A stretch of DNA of 64,000 bases, taken from contig CBFFRP010000258.1 in NCBI GenBank assembly GCA_965644295.1, positions 1 through 64,000 on the forward strand. The letters are read 5' to 3'. This document shows positions 62,106 through 64,000 of the stretch, one piece after another (position 1 is the stretch's first letter; each line of letters opens with the position of its first letter). A program made the translations under genes and the position numbers. The stretch comes from Paraphysomonas bandaiensis (lineage: Eukaryota; Protista; Chrysophyceae). Under the pieces are notes generated by a model that was given only the letters and a program-made list of their open reading frames with translations, had not been told where the DNA came from and made no database searches.

Positions 62106-64000
62106 CAGGGATAGGGAACAATATATTGTATTGCAATATATTGTACAATATATTGCAATATATTGTAAAATATATTGATTGGTGGACTGGTCAAATATTC
62201 CATCAATAGTGTTTCTGTTAATAGAGCTCACAATACTATTGCAATATATTGCAATCAATATTATGATAGTCATATAAGAGAAGATCCTCAACTGTATGGT
62301 GCAAAATATACGCCTCTGTATACAAATATCCGGAAAATAAGAAAAAAAGCCTATTTTTGATGTTATTTTCTATTTTTTATGTATCGCCAGCTCAAACAGC
62401 ACTCTACACCTCTCCACATGTATGTACAGTACTTCTCTTAATATAGTATATATATCCTATAGTGACAAGAAGAGACAACTGAATGATGAGTGCATACAAG
62501 AGTAGGGACATTTACCGCTGTTTTTGGAGTCCGGTCGAAGGTGTCCCGAACAAACACGAGTGTAAAATCTGCGGACGTAAACGACAACAGAATATTCGGA
62601 ATGGATACAACAATCTAAAGGATCACACTTTCTCTCATGATGTGTGGGAGGAGACATTGAAGAGGTATTTACGGGCTGTCTGCACCAATGGTCCCATGGA
62701 TGCTTTTGTTCTGCAGCCTTCAGACAAGGCGAAAACAATTTATGAGTGGGTGGAGTGGATTGTCGAGGAAAATCTTCCATTAAATTTCTGTGAGAAGAAA
62801 TTAACTAGAAATAAGACTTCTTTGGGTAAGATAACTACAAAAACACTGAAAAAATATATGAGACTGTTGGAACTGAAGCTACGTGATATGATTAAAGATA
62901 TATTACCACCAACATTTGGTCTAGTCATGGACGGTTGGACGTCGGACTCCCACCACTACAGTGCAATATTTGCAACCTTTTGCGACCGAACCAATACTCC
63001 GAATTTGTTATTGTTGTCTTGTAATGTGCAAGAGGATATTGATGACAACACTGTTTTCGATGAAGATCTACCTGATGAAGAGAAATTCTACGGATTCACT
63101 GCTGCGGATTGGTTTGATACTATCGTAGAAGTTCTCAATAAATTTGGAGTTGAGGTTAACGCTGACAATGTTTGCGACATTGTTGAGTTTTATCTTGGAG
63201 ATAACTGTGCTACAAACAGAAAATTGGCTACTGATTCTGGTAACACCGTATTACTTGTGTGAAATTGTCGAATGTTATAATATATATTAGGTGTACCCCT
63301 AGTTGGATGTGCATCTCACCGACTAAATCTCGCTGTCAATGAACTCATTGGCAGCAAAGAGAAGAGGAATAACCAAGGAGATGTGACAAGATCTGACGAA
63401 GGCATTAGGCCTCTTATTCGCAAAGTAGACCTACTAATGGGGAAGTTGAAGCAGATTAAGAATGCTGCATTGCTACGTGGCCAAACCAGTCTGCTACCAG
63501 AAAGGGTAAATGTCACAAGATGGTCTTCTATGTTTCAGGTTCTCGTAAAGTGGATGCGTATAAAAGATCATGTATTAAAAATTGAAGACTTACCGCTTGC
63601 AGTTACTGATATGATTCCTACTCCTCGACAGAATACCGAAATAATCGCCCTTGTAGACGACCTGAGGAAGTTTGAAAGCGTCTCGAAATTGCTTCAAACT
63701 GGAGGATCAAGTCAAGTGAATCTTTATGAATGCCGGAACATATTTGATGGCTTATTGAGGGACTTTAGGCCAAAGTATCCACTATCTGCTTTACAGAAAA
63801 ACAGTCCCATTGTTAATGATCCGAATTTCGAGAATGGAATTGCAAAACTCCAAGCAGGCGAAGAATTGGACTTGACAAGATCTGAGAAAGATGCTGTTAG
63901 AATATATCTCCGTTCAGACAGTGATTATTGCAACAATACAGAGGATGATGAAGCTGAAGTTGGCTATGCGGAAAAAATTCTTCAATCAGCTCAAAAACTT
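62106..64000 (+). mobile_element. hAT DNA transposon, left end and most of the transposase (runs off the window)
   Basis: Begins CAGGGATAGGGAACAATATATTG, with subterminal TATTGCAATA palindromes, followed by the transposase. Confidence 0.85.
62483..64000 (+). CDS. hAT transposase with BED zinc finger; intron 63240-63290; 3' incomplete
   Basis: CKICG...GYNNLKDHTFSH (BED), MDGWT, GDNCATN, GCASHRLNLAV (CxxH) and TRWSS. Exon 2 is open to the window end. Confidence 0.92.

Overview
Eukaryotic nuclear DNA (~40% GC by eye, many short ~40-55 nt GT-AG introns). The gene content suggests a flagellated protist, most likely a stramenopile (inference). About 16 intact host genes are present: START-domain protein, PH-ankyrin-RasGEF, NOP14, a four-domain EEEE-filter voltage-gated channel, Tctex1, a SYCP2/Red1-like candidate, eIF4G, a Mal d 1-associated-like protein, a membrane hybrid histidine kinase, a phage-type amino acid:DNA transferase (aGPT-Pplase1), a ubiquitin-like protein, SPX-EXS, NHP2, TCP11 and NOL6, plus tRNA-Leu(UAG). 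Most sit in head-to-head pairs separated by repeat-rich spacers. Mobile DNA includes an apparently intact hAT transposon running off the right edge, a hAT MITE, a TTAA-flanked palindromic MITE, decayed copia fragments, and a six-copy family of internally deleted non-LTR retroelements whose first ~88 nt fold as an HDV-like (L1Tc/ingi/R2-type) self-cleaving ribozyme. The most notable items are (1) the intron-containing phage thymidine-hypermodification enzyme, (2) the ribozyme-headed SIDE/SINE-like family together with a longer parental LINE remnant, (3) a candidate meiotic axis core protein, and (4) an AT-rich, foreign-looking island at the left edge. All family assignments are from motif recognition by eye; no database searches were run.
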